Positions 63,536 to 64,000 of a stretch of DNA of 64,000 nt are shown in pieces. The notes beneath the pieces were generated by a model that had not been told where the DNA came from, did no database searches, and saw only the letters and a list, made by a program, of their open reading frames with translations. The stretch's first letter is position 1. Each line of letters starts with the position of its first letter. A program made the translations under genes and the position numbers. The stretch is from Thermoanaerobaculia bacterium (GTDB taxonomy: Bacteria > Acidobacteriota > Thermoanaerobaculia > Multivoradales > JAGPDF01): the NCBI GenBank assembly GCA_963821905.1, contig CAWGFP010000011.1, positions 165,950 to 229,949 of the forward strand, written 5' to 3'.

Positions 63536-64000
63536 CTAGAAGCGCACCGCCAGGCCAGCCTGGGCCATGGCGAAGAGGCTCGCGTCGTCGAATAACACGT
63601 AGTGGCCGGAGATCTCGACGCGCATCGCGATGTGGCGGGTGATGGTGAAATCGCCCAACAGGTAGAGCGCGCCACCGAGCGCGGTCTCCGACTCGTCGGT
63701 TCCATCGGCGAGCCCACCCTCGAGCTGATAACCGCCCAGACCGAGGTAGATACCGGAGTCGTAGTAACCCTCGTTGAACATGTAGTGGCCGCCGACTTGG
63801 AGGTACGTGAGCTCGGCGTCGTGCAACCGTCCGAACTCTTCCTCGCCCGACAGATCCATCTGGCCGACGCGGAAGTCGATGCCGGTTTGCGGCTCGGTCA
63901 CCAGCGTGAACCCGAGCTGGAACACCTCGTTGCCGAAACCGTCGCCAGGCTCGACGTCCTGCGATCCTCCGACGCCGCCGAGCACGGTGAACACCATCGA
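63536..64000 (-). CDS. outer-membrane beta-barrel protein, C-terminal part (5' end beyond the window)
   Basis: ORF 63536..63997 continues to the window edge. It has alternating hydrophobic beta-strand patterning, is Gly/Tyr-rich, and ends ...AQAGLAVRF* with the terminal aromatic typical of OMPs. Confidence 0.55.
   Translation of the reverse strand, partial: SMVFTVLGGVGGSQDVEPGDGFGNEVFQLGFTLVTEPQTGIDFRVGQMDLSGEEEFGRLHDAELTYLQVGGHYMFNEGYYDSGIYLGLGGYQLEGGLADGTDESETALGGALYLLGDFTITRHIAMRVEISGHYVLFDDASLFAMAQAGLAVRF

Overview
High-GC (~70%) bacterial chromosomal window. The gene content suggests an Acidobacteriota- or Myxococcota-like soil bacterium, but that is inference only. I call about 55 protein genes, 2 tRNAs (tRNA-Sec and tRNA-Ala), one palindromic REP/MITE-like repeat and a few hairpin terminators or operators. 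I see no rRNA, CRISPR array, transposase or integrase. Gene order: GGDEF protein (partial), manC, PLP decarboxylase, DsbA-like lipoprotein, holB, tmk, ModE-like HTH, TerC, orphan PntAA, ornithine cyclodeaminase, addA/addB. Then a secreted metzincin locus (ADAM/reprolysin-like, matrixin with a knottin-like tail, 188-aa secreted domain protein), an MsbA-like ABC exporter and pilT-pilC-pilS-pilR. Then ArsR+SRPBCC, a methyltransferase, an FG-GAP lipoprotein, a BNR-repeat protein, XdhC, a 631-aa mosaic metzincin, FmdB zinc ribbon, DUF4388, moeA and selC (tRNA-Sec). Then DUF218, DUF4442, a ~2000-aa thioester alpha-2-macroglobulin, an AraC regulator, tag, a fatty-acid hydroxylase-like protein, a PqqB-like MBL hydrolase, TPR, SNase-like, TspO+SRPBCC (low-GC islet) and a CPA2 antiporter. 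The window ends with tRNA-Ala, a ~1750-aa Ser/Thr-kinase/STAND/TPR/GAF/sigma-54-activator fusion, hflX, a TlpA-like thioredoxin and an OMP fragment. Two general caveats apply. (1) Most very long Arg/Ala/Gly/Pro-rich ORFs in the track are antisense shadow ORFs typical of high-GC DNA. (2) Several blocks (about 4.8-7.9 kb, 12.3-12.8 kb, 19.5-27.2 kb, 39.6-43.5 kb, 49.4-49.5 kb, 54.5-59.0 kb) carry dense frameshifts in otherwise well-conserved genes, while neighbouring 6-12 kb stretches have none. This looks more like uneven assembly or polishing quality than gene decay. The best candidates for undescribed biology are: (a) twin two-hairpin leader motifs behind divergent promoters upstream of the antiporter, (b) the split versus fused metzincin modules, including the knottin-like tail, and (c) the kinase-to-sigma-54-activator megafusion.
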